Shown here one piece after another: positions 1-11,057 of a DNA stretch of 32,000 bases. A program made the translations under genes and the position numbers. The notes beneath the pieces were generated by a model, which did no database searches, was not told the DNA's origin, and saw only the letters and a list, made by a program, of their open reading frames with translations. The DNA comes from Candidatus Hermodarchaeota archaeon (lineage in GTDB: Archaea > Asgardarchaeota > Heimdallarchaeia > Hodarchaeales > Hodarchaeaceae), in assembly GCA_048886185.1 (NCBI GenBank), contig JBHLKY010000010.1, positions 176,901 through 208,900 on the forward strand, in the 5' to 3' direction. Position 1 is the stretch's first letter. Each line of letters starts with the position of its first letter.

Positions 1-219
1 ATCGCTAAATTTATTCAGAATCTGTTCTCTGGAAAGGAGTTCATTTCAGTGGGGATGATGGATGAAGAAACTGGTGCTCTCTTTCGAAAAGAACTCAATG
101 AATTCATCTTTAAATTTCAAGAAGATAATAAAATTAACTTACTACCAATCGATAAAATTGGTCCTGGTAGTTATTTTACATTTCTTTTAGCTAGTCAGTT
201 TCCCTCACTAAAAGAATAA
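1..219 (+). CDS. 3' end of a protein-coding gene (5'-truncated by the window), unknown function
   Basis: Frame +1 is open from base 1 (IAKFIQNLFSGKEFISVGMMDEETGALFRKELNEFIFKFQ...FPSLKE*) to TAA at 217-219; convergent with the next gene. Confidence 0.6.
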   Translation: MAKFIQNLFSGKEFISVGMMDEETGALFRKELNEFIFKFQEDNKINLLPIDKIGPGSYFTFLLASQFPSLKE

Positions 220-240
220 AGCTGATAAGTTTGCTTCAAA

Positions 241-1380
241 TCAGGGATTTTGGAAACGATCTAATAAGTTGAAAGCAGCTAAAATGTTTTCTGGAGGGAC
301 ATCAGCGAGAATATTATGAGCCATGGCGAAAATATAACCAGTATTATCACTAGCAAGGGTATTGAGGATTCTTTTAACTTCCTCTTCAACCTCTGAGGGT
401 GACCCTCTAGGTAGGACTTCCTGAATATCAACTCCACCATGGAAACAGAGTTTAGATCCATATTTTTGTTTTAAAATAGCGTGATCCATTCTTCGGGTAG
501 GCTGAACGGGATTGAGAATATCAAAGCCAATTTCAATCAGATCAGGAATAATTTCTGTAACTGAACCACAGGAGTGAAGTTGTACTTTTAGATGAGGAAA
601 ATTCCTTTTTATAGCTTGAATTAATGAGTTAACCCTAGGTTTAACTAATTCTTGCCACATTTCCGGATGTAGTAAAAGCCGCTCTTGGGTACCATAATCA
701 TCACCGTACATCGCAATCGATACCCACTCTCCTATTTCATTTAACCAATTTTCCCAAATTTCTAACTGGTTTGTTAGGTTCTGATCTAAGAGCTCTTCAA
801 TAATCTCTCTATTTGCATATAGATCAGAAAGAAATGTAGCAAAGCCTCTGAGGCCGATTGTTTGTTCAAGTATACCACCAGACATTGGATCAGCAATCAC
901 CGCATAGCCTTTTTTCCAGAAGTTCCTAGCTTTCTTTTCACACCCTTTAAACCATTCTTCATTAGGGGAAGGTAATTCAAACTCTTTTATTTCTTTCAAA
1001 GAGGCTTCTGCAAGGGGATAAGAGACCATTTCATAATACAAGATATTATGTTTTGAAGTTCCTATAGGTTGATATTTTATACCGTATGCATTATAGAATG
1101 AAGCTATCTTACCATCACTTGTGAGTTCTTCTCGCTTAGGAGGTTCCATTCTAATATGACGAGTATCCACCTTCAGCTTTGTTAATACTCTTTCATCTAT
1201 GACTGCTAATTGCTGAATTAAATCTGAAAAATAAATGTCATGATGTGGTATCTTCCAAAAATCTAATAATTTTTCATACGCAATGGTTGAGATCCCACTT
1301 ACAGGGCCACCAAGGTCTCGTGGAATACGGTCAATTTCACGATGTAAAATAGAATTTTCTATTCGCTCTCTTGAAATCAC
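241..1380 (-). CDS. Uroporphyrinogen decarboxylase (URO-D)/methylcobamide methyltransferase (MtaA/CmuA-like) family protein
   Basis: Motifs YGDDYGTQERLLLHPEMW, LHSCG, GFDILNPVQP, FHGGVDIQ, GYIFAMAHNI. GTG at 1380 has an AGGTGA SD just upstream, so it is preferred over the track start at 1389. Confidence 0.85.
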   Translation of the reverse strand: MISRERIENSILHREIDRIPRDLGGPVSGISTIAYEKLLDFWKIPHHDIYFSDLIQQLAVIDERVLTKLKVDTRHIRMEPPKREELTSDGKIASFYNAYGIKYQPIGTSKHNILYYEMVSYPLAEASLKEIKEFELPSPNEEWFKGCEKKARNFWKKGYAVIADPMSGGILEQTIGLRGFATFLSDLYANREIIEELLDQNLTNQLEIWENWLNEIGEWVSIAMYGDDYGTQERLLLHPEMWQELVKPRVNSLIQAIKRNFPHLKVQLHSCGSVTEIIPDLIEIGFDILNPVQPTRRMDHAILKQKYGSKLCFHGGVDIQEVLPRGSPSEVEEEVKRILNTLASDNTGYIFAMAHNILADVPPENILAAFNLLDRFQNP

Positions 1381-1401
1381 TTGAATCACCTGTGAAAGGT
1401 A

Positions 1402-1734
1402 CTAAAAGCCTTTTCCATAAAATTTCTTAAGATTAAAATGGAGATTGATAATAGATTGGTCGGGTAATTAAATGATCATTCAATCATAAAAGTTCTGGTT
1501 ATCAGTTAATAATTCTTTTCTGACTAATTGCCATTCCACTCCCTTCTTGCCGAAGCAGTTCTGAATATACAGATAGTCTCTATTGATTCCCTCAAAATGA
1601 TCTTTTGTGTTAGTTATGATTATAGGATATTCAATTGATTTTCCTTCATTTGCAGAATAAGATACCTTTTCGATTAGTCTCAAGTTTGAAGGTAATGGAT
1701 TGAGAAACCGGAACATAATTATTTTCCTTTTCAA
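1402..1734 (-). pseudogene. Small hypothetical protein interrupted by two in-frame stops
   Basis: The track ORF stops at TGA 1480-1482, but the same frame continues as protein-like sequence FYD*MII*LPDQSIINLHFNLKKFYGKGF* to TAG at 1402-1404; second stop TAA at 1468-1470. Confidence 0.55.
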
Positions 1735-1903
1735 CTCTTCTCAGTGCATGATAGCTATAACCTAATAATCCAAGAATTAGATTAACTATAAGTCAATTCC
1801 TTTTCGGATAATAACAATTTGGTTCAAGTATCTCCAAAACAATTCATTAATTGGGAATATTTTATAATTAGAAAAATAATCTAATATGAGCAGGAGATAA
1901 CAA

Positions 1904-4900
1904 TTGTTTGCCAGAAAGAACTCTTTTTTTGGGTGTAATCTTAATCTAGCAACACTTCATAGTGAAATAACGCAATTACAATCAAAATTAATTGCTGTAT
2001 TTTTACTAGGTCTTTTTAGCTTCTCTATTTTCTCTCTTTTCTTTAATGATGTTGCCTTAGAAGAAAAAGAACTAAACTACCAAAATTTATTTTCTTTCAG
2101 TAATAGAAAAAAGTTACTAACTTCTCATATTCTGCCATCTGAAACATTATCAAATCCTGATAAACAATCCAATTCAAGCATGCGTCAAGATTATCTCATT
2201 GACATTGATAAAATGAAAAAAGTCCAAATAGAAAAGTTGGATAAGAATGAAAATCGAATTACTGATGATTTAGAGAAAAAAATAACAAAAAGATCTTGTA
2301 AAGGCAATCGAATCTCAGTAATAGTTTCTACAAAGACTAATGAGTTTCAAGACACAGTATTACTTTTTGAAAACTTCGGAGGGGTAGTCCAATACATTTG
2401 GGATCAACCTGAAAATACTGTCTATGGTTTTAGCGGAGAGATAGATATTTCGAGGTTAAAAGCATTTTCTGAGCAAGTAAAATCAAGTATAGAATTAATA
2501 GAAGAAGATTTACCAGCCATAAGAAATTCTGATGTAGCTACCCATCTTGCAATGATAAGAACACACGTATGGGATAATTTGAATTATACAGGCGATCCTA
2601 ATATGGCAATAGCAGTTCTAGATACTGGTATTGATGATTCACACTTAGCTTTTTCACCTGGATATGAAGATCAGAATTGGAGTAAAAAGATAGTTGGGTG
2701 GTATGATGCAACTGAAGATGGATCAACGACACCAGAGGATTATGTTGGACATGGGTCTCATGTTTCTGGGATAGTTGCTGCAAATGAATATAATAATAGC
2801 TATGACAACGGAAGGATTGCTACTACTTGGAGTTATAGTTACAATCCAGGAGGAATTGCTTCAGGTGCATTTACGTATGTTATTTGGGTAAATAGAACAG
2901 GTACAATAGATATAAGCTATGTTTGGCGGGGAACACTATCTGCAGAAGGTACAGAACTCAAATTATATGCTCCAAACGGCACATTGGTAGCAAATGACAC
3001 CTCTGGTAACTCGAATATGACTTTAAGTCATACTGTCTCATCATCGGAAGATTTCGGTTATTGGGAAGTCGGGCTTGGCGTAAGTTGTGGAGTCAGTGGA
3101 GGAATGCTAGATTTAGCAGGTGTAAATAAATATCCATATCCTGATCCTAAGGATGATCATAGCCGTTTTGCAGGTGTGGCACCAGATGTGAAGCTTGTGG
3201 GAGTTAAAATATTCGATCAGACTGGTTTTGGTACATCAGATGATGTAATCGAAGCATTTAACTGGATTAAAAGTAATAAAGCTACTTACCATATAGCTAT
3301 TGCATCTGGATCCTTTGGTTTTTCTGAAACAGTTGTTTCTGTTGATTCTGCAGCAGCAGCTTTAGTGAATTCAGGAGTTACAGTAGTTCTTTCGGCAGGT
3401 AATGACGGCCAAGGAAAAAATTCAATTTTCAGTCCAGGACAGGTTAATGGAGTAATTACTGTAGCAGCATTAGATGATTATGATAGAATAACAGCATATT
3501 CTTCAGAAGGCCCTGGAGAGATGTCAAATACTTCGAAACCTGACATCGTTGCTCCTGGAGGTGAAAGAACTCAAGGTGCTATACTTCAAGTTGATAGTAA
3601 TGATGCAGATTCAAAAAATCATACTTGGAGCGATAAAATTTCAAATGATTTCACTAATATTCAAGGGACATCAATGGCTTGCCCATTTGTTTCTGGGTCA
3701 TTAGCCTTATTAATACAAGCTATGGGAGGATATGATTATTGGAAGAACAGTTATGGTTCAGCGACTAATCCGTTTAAAGTAAAGCAATTGCTTCTCATGA
3801 CTGGAAATGAAATATATCTAGATAATAGAGGGAGAAAAGATGTTGTGGAGGGGTATGGAAGGCTGAATATTTATGCAGCCATTGAAGCAATCGAAAATAC
3901 ATATGAAATTGGGACAAAAGTAAGTGGTACATTATCCCAAGAAATTGGAAAACGTAAAGTTTGGGCACAAAATGTAACTTTAACTGCAGGGATAAACTAT
4001 ACATTGGCGTTAATCGTTCCTAATGGTGCAGATTTTGATCTATTTATATATGAACCAGATCCAAATCAATTTGGTGAGCCAATATTAGCTGCAAGATCAG
4101 CAAACTTTGAATTTGGAGCAGATGAATATATTACTTACACTCCAAACACAAGTGGAATATATTACTTAGTGATAAAGACATCATTTACAAATAAGGGTTC
4201 AGGTACCTTCTACTTGACATCAACATCAGGAAGTGGTTTTCCAGTTGCTTCCTTTGTGTCTCCAATTGAAAATGAGAAGCTAACAGGACAATATAGAATT
4301 CTGATTGATGCAGAAGATTCGGATCTAAGAGCAGTTTATTGTAAAATTGCAGATGATTCTTGGATAAATACTACTTTTACAGGAACATATTATGAGTATG
4401 AGTATAATACTACTGCTTTACCTGACGGTAATATCTCCTTTGTAGCAAAAGTAGTGGATTCTCAAGGACATATAACATTTACTTCAATAAGTAATACTTA
4501 TACAGATAATTTCAATCAACCAATACTATTAGTTGATGATGATATAGGAGAGATTCATGAGAAATATTACGAGAGAACATTAAAAAGATTATCACTCTAT
4601 GAAGGTATAGGGTTCGACTATTACTCCGTTCAAACTTCAGGAAGTCCATCAGCGAATAAATTGAAAGAATATCAGCTTGTTATTTGGTTCACTTCTAATG
4701 ACTCCTCAACAACACTAACAACAATTGATCAAAGTAACCTTCAGTCTTACCTTGATAATGGGGGATATTTATGGATTTCTGGGCAAGATATTGGTTATGA
4801 CATTAATACAACATCATTCTATGGTAATTATCTCCATGCAGTTCATCAAGCACGTAGTGTGACAGATAATAGATACATTTCAGGAGTAAGTGGCGAAATT

Positions 4901-6454
4901 TTTGAAGGAAAAAGGTATTTTATAGGAGCTGGAGCAGGAAGTGGCCAATATGACTATCCGAGTGATATTGATGCGAATACTGGAGCAGCAGTAATATTGA
5001 ACTATTATGATAATTCTAGCTATGGTGCTGCAATAAAATATAACGGAACACACAAAGTAATATATTGTGCATTCAATTGGGAGGCAATGGATGACGAAAT
5101 TGACAGAATGGATAGTTTGAATAGATCAATAAACTGGTTTGCTCTTGATGAAAGACCAACAAGTGTTTTAATTAGTAGTCCAACAAATGGAACGACAACT
5201 AATAGAAATCCAACTTTTTCGTGGATTGGAATTGATGATTATGGAATAGAAAAGTATGCTATATTTCGAGAGGGAATCTACCTCACAACAACATCAGAAA
5301 CAAGTATAACATTAAATGATCAACCAGAAGGATGGCATAGTTATAAAATTGTGGCTTTTGATGAGAAAAATCAAAGTAATACTTATAGACTAACCCTCTT
5401 TATAGACAGGACACCACCATTAGTTTGTATGGTTTCTCCCCTCAATATCACCTATTCATTATTATCTGTTCCGATTTATGCCACCAATCTAAGTACAGTT
5501 CACAAAGCATGGTATCGTTATATGAGCGGCTTTTGGTCAATAAACTATTCGATGATATATGATTCAAATAATGCTAGATGGGAAGCAGAAACACCTACAT
5601 GGGGCGATGGAGGTTACTTAATACAAGTCTTTTTCAATGATAGTGTAGGAAATGAAGCTTTTAGGCAGGAATGGTTCAGTATTGATACAACTGGCCCAAC
5701 GGTGACCATTATTAGTCCAAGTAACACAACATACAAAACTACTCTAATAATAATTCTTGCTACAAACTCCACAATCGTTCATAAGGCCTGGTACAGGTAT
5801 CGAAGCCTTTCTTGGTCGTCCAATTATTCTCTGAATTATAATCCTAGCGCGGGAAGATGGGAAAACCTAGGTATAACATTGATTGATGGCAATTACCGAA
5901 TTCAGATTTATTTCAATGATAGTGTAGGGAATGAAGCTTTTAGCGAAGAATATTTCAGTGTAGATACCACTGCTCCTATCGTGATTCTTAATTCACCTAA
6001 TAATACAACTTATATTCAAAATAGTGTCATGTTGGACTATTTTGTTTCTGATGGTGTTGTTACTATTTATCTTGATGGAATAGCCAATACAACAGCAATT
6101 TCCAGTGGATCGTCGCTCTCCAACCTATCTGTAGGGAGTCATAATATTACCATTATTGCTATAGATACTGTGGGTCATATTGCTAGAGCTTCCATTATAT
6201 TAACAGTGGAAAGTTTTATTCCTCCTACAACTACTACAACAATTCCTATCACTATTAGTCCAACAACTCCTCCTGCAACCCAAACCCTACCGATTTCCAG
6301 TTTTACACCTTTCTCTTCTCTTACACCTACTACTGAAACAGAATTTGCAGCTGAACGAGGTTCAGGGTTCTTATTAATAGAAGTTCTTATCGTAGTGGTC
6401 TTAATAGGCATTTCAATAAAGAAATCGAGATTATGGAGTAAGAAAGACAGATAA
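1904..6454 (+). CDS. Membrane-anchored multidomain subtilisin-like serine protease (S8)
   Basis: Catalytic triad motifs VLDTGID, HGSHVSG, GTSMACP and oxyanion SAGN. N-terminal TM and propeptide; PPC-like, Ig-like and flavodoxin-like (ILLVDDD...YLDNGGYLWISGQDIG) modules; Thr/Pro linker, C-terminal TM and basic tail. TTG start with CAGGAG SD. Confidence 0.93.
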   Translation: MFARKNSFFGCNLNLATLHSEITQLQSKLIAVFLLGLFSFSIFSLFFNDVALEEKELNYQNLFSFSNRKKLLTSHILPSETLSNPDKQSNSSMRQDYLIDIDKMKKVQIEKLDKNENRITDDLEKKITKRSCKGNRISVIVSTKTNEFQDTVLLFENFGGVVQYIWDQPENTVYGFSGEIDISRLKAFSEQVKSSIELIEEDLPAIRNSDVATHLAMIRTHVWDNLNYTGDPNMAIAVLDTGIDDSHLAFSPGYEDQNWSKKIVGWYDATEDGSTTPEDYVGHGSHVSGIVAANEYNNSYDNGRIATTWSYSYNPGGIASGAFTYVIWVNRTGTIDISYVWRGTLSAEGTELKLYAPNGTLVANDTSGNSNMTLSHTVSSSEDFGYWEVGLGVSCGVSGGMLDLAGVNKYPYPDPKDDHSRFAGVAPDVKLVGVKIFDQTGFGTSDDVIEAFNWIKSNKATYHIAIASGSFGFSETVVSVDSAAAALVNSGVTVVLSAGNDGQGKNSIFSPGQVNGVITVAALDDYDRITAYSSEGPGEMSNTSKPDIVAPGGERTQGAILQVDSNDADSKNHTWSDKISNDFTNIQGTSMACPFVSGSLALLIQAMGGYDYWKNSYGSATNPFKVKQLLLMTGNEIYLDNRGRKDVVEGYGRLNIYAAIEAIENTYEIGTKVSGTLSQEIGKRKVWAQNVTLTAGINYTLALIVPNGADFDLFIYEPDPNQFGEPILAARSANFEFGADEYITYTPNTSGIYYLVIKTSFTNKGSGTFYLTSTSGSGFPVASFVSPIENEKLTGQYRILIDAEDSDLRAVYCKIADDSWINTTFTGTYYEYEYNTTALPDGNISFVAKVVDSQGHITFTSISNTYTDNFNQPILLVDDDIGEIHEKYYERTLKRLSLYEGIGFDYYSVQTSGSPSANKLKEYQLVIWFTSNDSSTTLTTIDQSNLQSYLDNGGYLWISGQDIGYDINTTSFYGNYLHAVHQARSVTDNRYISGVSGEIFEGKRYFIGAGAGSGQYDYPSDIDANTGAAVILNYYDNSSYGAAIKYNGTHKVIYCAFNWEAMDDEIDRMDSLNRSINWFALDERPTSVLISSPTNGTTTNRNPTFSWIGIDDYGIEKYAIFREGIYLTTTSETSITLNDQPEGWHSYKIVAFDEKNQSNTYRLTLFIDRTPPLVCMVSPLNITYSLLSVPIYATNLSTVHKAWYRYMSGFWSINYSMIYDSNNARWEAETPTWGDGGYLIQVFFNDSVGNEAFRQEWFSIDTTGPTVTIISPSNTTYKTTLIIILATNSTIVHKAWYRYRSLSWSSNYSLNYNPSAGRWENLGITLIDGNYRIQIYFNDSVGNEAFSEEYFSVDTTAPIVILNSPNNTTYIQNSVMLDYFVSDGVVTIYLDGIANTTAISSGSSLSNLSVGSHNITIIAIDTVGHIARASIILTVESFIPPTTTTTIPITISPTTPPATQTLPISSFTPFSSLTPTTETEFAAERGSGFLLIEVLIVVVLIGISIKKSRLWSKKDR
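5405..5962 (+). repeat. Two tandem 279-bp (93-aa) Ig-like modules within the S8 gene
   Basis: D-x-T-x-P module starts at 5405, 5684 and 5963; HKAWYRY and FNDSVGNEAF are repeated; 33-nt blocks 5632-5664 and 5911-5943 differ at one base. Confidence 0.85.
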
Positions 6455-7636
6455 TCGTTAATTTAGAATATTATCCGATAATCTTATTTTGGTTAAAAAC
6501 TGCTTGTTACTTGAGTGTATGTGGAAGGTCCAGAAAAAGCCACTAGAATACTTTTCCGAAGAATTCTGTGAGATTAGAATATAAACTGATTATAAATTGA
6601 TCAGAATGTTGAGTTGTTACTCGATCACAAATAATCTATTTCTCATTCAGCAATTCTTGTTTGATTAATTCCCTTTCCACTCCCCTTCTATCAAATCTAC
6701 TTCAAAAAAGTATGGGGCCTGTCGACTGACTTCCGTTAGCAGTTCGAATATTGTGGTTGTTATACACAAAAAACTCATTTCGGTTATTAAGCTGACTATC
6801 TGTTCTGTGGTTTAAGTTTGACCACTTGAATTCACAAAAAAGCGAAACATCAATTTTTGTTATCTTCTTACATTTCAATCCAATGAATGCCATCTATACT
6901 ATAATTTTAAGATACAATTTAATCTTGTCACTTTATCCACTAAAACAAGGGAATTCTCAAATTTTTAGACCAATAACATTCCATTCAGAAATCTTGACAT
7001 CTTCTAAACACAACTGAAATTCGTATGTTTAACTGATATTTGTATTAATAGCTGATCTAAGAGGTTATAAATATACAATCTAAGACAAATTTCCTCTGAA
7101 ACAATCATCGAATTAATAATTCAAAGATTTTCGTTCTAAAAATCTCTGTATATTATTAATTGACTCCCGATAGTAAATACAAAATAAAGGAAATCCAACC
7201 TTTATCCTCTCATCATAGGCTTATTTTCCCACATCTCATCGTAATTCAGACATTATATTCTTATAAAAACTCTTGGAGGAATATATTTTAAATATCATAA
7301 GAATAAAGGTGATAGAATACCAAAAGCCTTAAATAGTTGAATTCTGAAAATATATCTTGAAAACAAGCATGAATAATTATATTAAAATGAGTTTACACAA
7401 GAGATCATTCTAATGATGATGTAGTAGAACTAGAAAAAAACATCATTGCTATTCCCTTCAACATGAAATTAAGAGAAACAATCTAAGAGGTATAGGAACT
7501 CAAAGTATTCGTCTTTATATGTGTTGGGAACAGTATTAGAGATATTTGAGCTCATGAATGCTCTTTTATTTCATTCTATTATCTTATCTCATGAATTGAG
7601 TGATCTATATCTTTTATATATCAAAGGAGCTTATTT

Positions 7637-8164
7637 ATGTTTTCTGTCAAAGAAACTATTCAAGATTTTTCATCTTTTAATTATTGGGATATTAATGTCG
7701 AATTCCAAATTAATAATCGATCTCACATTTTTAATATGCATAGCATTGATCAGGTGTTTATGGGAGAGGATATTTCATTAAAAAGAGCCATAGACCAAAA
7801 AATAACATTAAGATGTTTTATAGATATTGGTGAAGTATATATTGAAAATTTTAACATGGTTGGGAGTGTATCGCTAACATGGCTGCCCAAAGAAAATGAA
7901 TGTTATATAGGGACTATTTGGATTGAACCAGAATTTCGTGGAAATGGACTTGCTACATATATCTTGAATGAGATAATCAGGTTTGCTGATGAAGAAGGAA
8001 TTGTTTTAGCTCTTCATGCTATGCCCTTTATTAATCCTCAAAGAAAACCAACTGATAAAGAGATTTCTAGGTTAAAAGCCTATTATCGTGGATTCGGATT
8101 TAAAGAAAACTCTAAAACAAAAGGAACAGGTTTTGACTGTTCAATGGAACGCTTACCGAATTAA
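7637..8164 (+). CDS. GNAT family N-acetyltransferase
   Basis: Acetyl-CoA motif A IWIEPEFRGNGLA and C-terminal YYRGFGF; AAGGAG SD upstream of ATG. Confidence 0.85.
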   Translation: MFSVKETIQDFSSFNYWDINVEFQINNRSHIFNMHSIDQVFMGEDISLKRAIDQKITLRCFIDIGEVYIENFNMVGSVSLTWLPKENECYIGTIWIEPEFRGNGLATYILNEIIRFADEEGIVLALHAMPFINPQRKPTDKEISRLKAYYRGFGFKENSKTKGTGFDCSMERLPN

Positions 8165-8491
8165 GCACCATTATCCAAATGAAAAGTATTCCTTAAGCAT
8201 ATCTCAATATAAAAAATATTGCGAAAAGCACTTTATTTCTTTCTTCTAGCCCTTAATATCACGAAAAGTGTTAAGATTAGTATTGAGCTCAGGATGAATC
8301 CTGATGTATTAGTTGAGCTATTGTAGTGAGTGAAATAGTTAAAGAACTAATAAAGAACATGTCGTTGAATTAAAAACTAACATAGTCTCTGGAGTATGTA
8401 TTCTCTTTTATTTTTCCAAGATCGCACAAAAAAAGAAACACACTCTAAAAAAAATTGTGTTCCCCCAATTTTAGTAAAAAATCCTTAACAA

Positions 8492-8920
8492 TTACTTTAA
8501 GAGGAGGTGGAGTAATAATCCAAGAGTTAGAAACATCCAAGTATTAGCTATTAGCTTGAAGAATGGAAATGGTGTCTTTGTTAAAAACACTAACAAGTCT
8601 AAAACGAAAGAAAACACAAGGACTCCTAGAACAAAAGCTAATCCTGGTTCAAATCCCAAAATACTCTCTTGAAGAAGAACCTGTTTATATCCCCAAGTAA
8701 AAATAGGGCCAATTATTAATCCTGACCCAATCACTATGAGGATCGGCATAAGGTACTTCATGAGAAGCATAAACATTTTAGAATTGATGAATTCATCATC
8801 AGGATCCTCTTGCTGCATATTCTGTACTAGGGGTTCTGCAATAAAGAATAAACCTCCAGCTAGACCGATTCCAAATAGTATTCCAGTTATAATTGATTGA
8901 AAATTCCATATTAATATCAT
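8492..8920 (-). CDS. Hypothetical membrane protein (~4 TM)
   Basis: Four hydrophobic segments; GGAGA SD-like motif upstream; divergent from the Lrp-type regulator. Confidence 0.7.
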   Translation of the reverse strand: MILIWNFQSIITGILFGIGLAGGLFFIAEPLVQNMQQEDPDDEFINSKMFMLLMKYLMPILIVIGSGLIIGPIFTWGYKQVLLQESILGFEPGLAFVLGVLVFSFVLDLLVFLTKTPFPFFKLIANTWMFLTLGLLLHLLLK

Positions 8921-9090
8921 TTAATCATCTCCGTATGTTAAAAGCATGATAGTTTAATAGTAATTAATAAAAGAAGTTTTGGCAAATTCTTATTGCAAAA
9001 ATAGGGAAAGTTCTAAGAACAAAATATCAAAACTTGCATTCTTTTCTTCATTATCAAATAATCTACAAACTCTATATAGGATTAGATGAC

Positions 9091-10056
9091 ATGGATAGCC
9101 TTGATAAGCTCATTTTGCAAGTACTTTCAAATAATTGCAGAATATCATACTCCGAACTGGCACGAAAGGCCAAAGTCTCCCCTAATACAATTAAAAACCG
9201 CATCCAAAATTTGATCAATCAAAAAATCATATTAGGATTTACTATCCAATTCAATCCAGCTCTTTTGAAGTTTAGTACAGCAATTATCTCCTTTCAATTT
9301 TCAAATCAAATTTCAGAGGAAACAATTAATCGGATTGGTAATTATTCATTAGTTTCTGCGGTCGGTGTGTCCTTAAATTCTGGTTTTGTAGTAGCTTTGT
9401 ATCAAAGTAATGAAGAATTGGCCCAGTTTAGTGATCACTTGCATTCTCTTGGTAATTTAACTGATCTCGAAATCTTACCTATCCTATTACCATTAACAGT
9501 TGATACAACTAAACCGAAGGATAGACTTGAGAGTTTACAACCAATTGATTGGTTACTTCTTTATCACCTACGTGTGAACGGGAGGATGTCATTAAGTAAA
9601 TTAGCAAAAAAAACCCATCTTAGTGTTAAAACAATCAAAAAAAGACTAAATTCACTGAATAAACGAAAAATGATTCATACAACTATTTTAATGAATCCTG
9701 GAGCGATTTCAAAAGGATTAATGGTAATTTTCGTCTTAGAACTTCCCAAAATTACTAGAGAAGTTCGACATTCAATAGAAAAGATGATTCGCAATGTCCA
9801 CGAGGATAATTTTTGGGTTTCGTGGCAGGTGGTTGATAGACCTATAATCCTGATTGGTTTCCAAGTTGCAAATGTTCATGAAGTAAAAATAATTCAAGAG
9901 GATATTTTAAAACTTATACCAGAATGTGTAATGAGAAAACATATGATTGGCGGAGACATGAAGTATTTTCCTGATGTTACTGATCAATTGCTTGAAGATA
10001 AAAGAAATCAAGGATGGTTTTCATCAGAACTTTGGGAACGAGAGTTAAATTCCTAA
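9091..10056 (+). CDS. Tandem Lrp/AsnC-type winged-helix transcriptional regulator
   Basis: Two AsnC HTHs: LDKLILQVLSNNCRISYSELARKAKVSPNTIKNRI and IDWLLLYHLRVNGRMSLSKLAKKTHLSVKTIKKRL. ATG 9091 is preferred over the track TTG at 9034. Confidence 0.88.
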   Translation: MDSLDKLILQVLSNNCRISYSELARKAKVSPNTIKNRIQNLINQKIILGFTIQFNPALLKFSTAIISFQFSNQISEETINRIGNYSLVSAVGVSLNSGFVVALYQSNEELAQFSDHLHSLGNLTDLEILPILLPLTVDTTKPKDRLESLQPIDWLLLYHLRVNGRMSLSKLAKKTHLSVKTIKKRLNSLNKRKMIHTTILMNPGAISKGLMVIFVLELPKITREVRHSIEKMIRNVHEDNFWVSWQVVDRPIILIGFQVANVHEVKIIQEDILKLIPECVMRKHMIGGDMKYFPDVTDQLLEDKRNQGWFSSELWERELNS

Positions 10057-10329
10057 CTTGGATGATTAGAGGATGGAGATCTATAAATATTCAAAAAAAA
10101 TTGGTTTAATTAAAGAAAGGAACCACAATGGCAGTAAAAGAAGAATAGAGAGACATTACTAATCCCAGACAAGCTGGATGCGAAAAAAATTGATCCATTA
10201 GGAATTTCGATATAGAATAGGTCTAGAATTGAAGGAAATAAATTTGTTAAATTTAGTAGGATTCTAGGGTTAGTTCAAAATATTACGAGAATTTCAATCT
10301 AGAAGATTAGATTGCATATTCTTGAGTAA

Positions 10330-10665
10330 TTAGTCAATATCATATTTTGAAGCTAGTTTCACGATAAGGAATATAACAAACGCTATTATGACGAATGTAA
10401 TCAATTCTCCAAGAAAATGGCCTATTAGAAAGTCAGCATTGCCAATTGAAAAAACAATCTCATTCCAAGGGACATCCGATCCCGGAATGAATTCAAAAAT
10501 AGGCATAATAAGATCATTCACTAATGCCTGAACAAGGGCACCTAAATAAATACCCATAATGAAAGCTACCGCCAATCCCAAAACTTTATAATTCTTGAGA
10601 AATTCTTTAAATTCTCCTAAAAGATTTTTTGGTTTTTCTTTTTTTTCTTCAGACTCACTTGTCAT
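10330..10665 (-). CDS. mscL: Large-conductance mechanosensitive channel
   Basis: EFKEFLKNYKVLGLAVAFIMG...ALVNDLIMP...GHFLGELITFVIIAFVIFLIVK; GAGGTGA SD. Confidence 0.92.
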   Translation of the reverse strand: MTSESEEKKEKPKNLLGEFKEFLKNYKVLGLAVAFIMGIYLGALVQALVNDLIMPIFEFIPGSDVPWNEIVFSIGNADFLIGHFLGELITFVIIAFVIFLIVKLASKYDID

Positions 10666-11057
10666 TTTATCACCTCAAATAAACAGAATAAGTAGTAATT
10701 ATTAAATTATATTAAATTTTCTAACTTCTTAGGAGGATACAATAATTTAATAATCTTTGAATTACAGCAAAAAGAATCAGAATTGTTCTTTTACTAACTT
10801 AATGGCAATAAGAGGAAGATGAGTATGTAATTCTTATGATGAGCTAGAATTCAAAGATTTTACAGAAGACCTTCTGAAGCTTAGATTCCCCTTTTCATTG
10901 GATAAATGTTGAAACTGGCTAACAGAGTGCGTTGACGAAGATATGGGCTGTTTACCTCATATTATATATTATCAGCATGAATTTCATACATCAAGAACAT
11001 ATAAAATAATATTTTTGCATTCATGAGTCACTCGCTGAAAATAGATAGGAATGAAAA

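Noticed and set aside
1402-1482. Alternative genetic code or stop read-through
   Set aside because: The interrupting stops are of different types, and TGA, TAA and TAG all end genuine genes in this window.
8289-8304. Palindrome TCAGGAT-ga-ATCCTGA
   Set aside because: Single occurrence between convergent genes, with no supporting copy or downstream gene.
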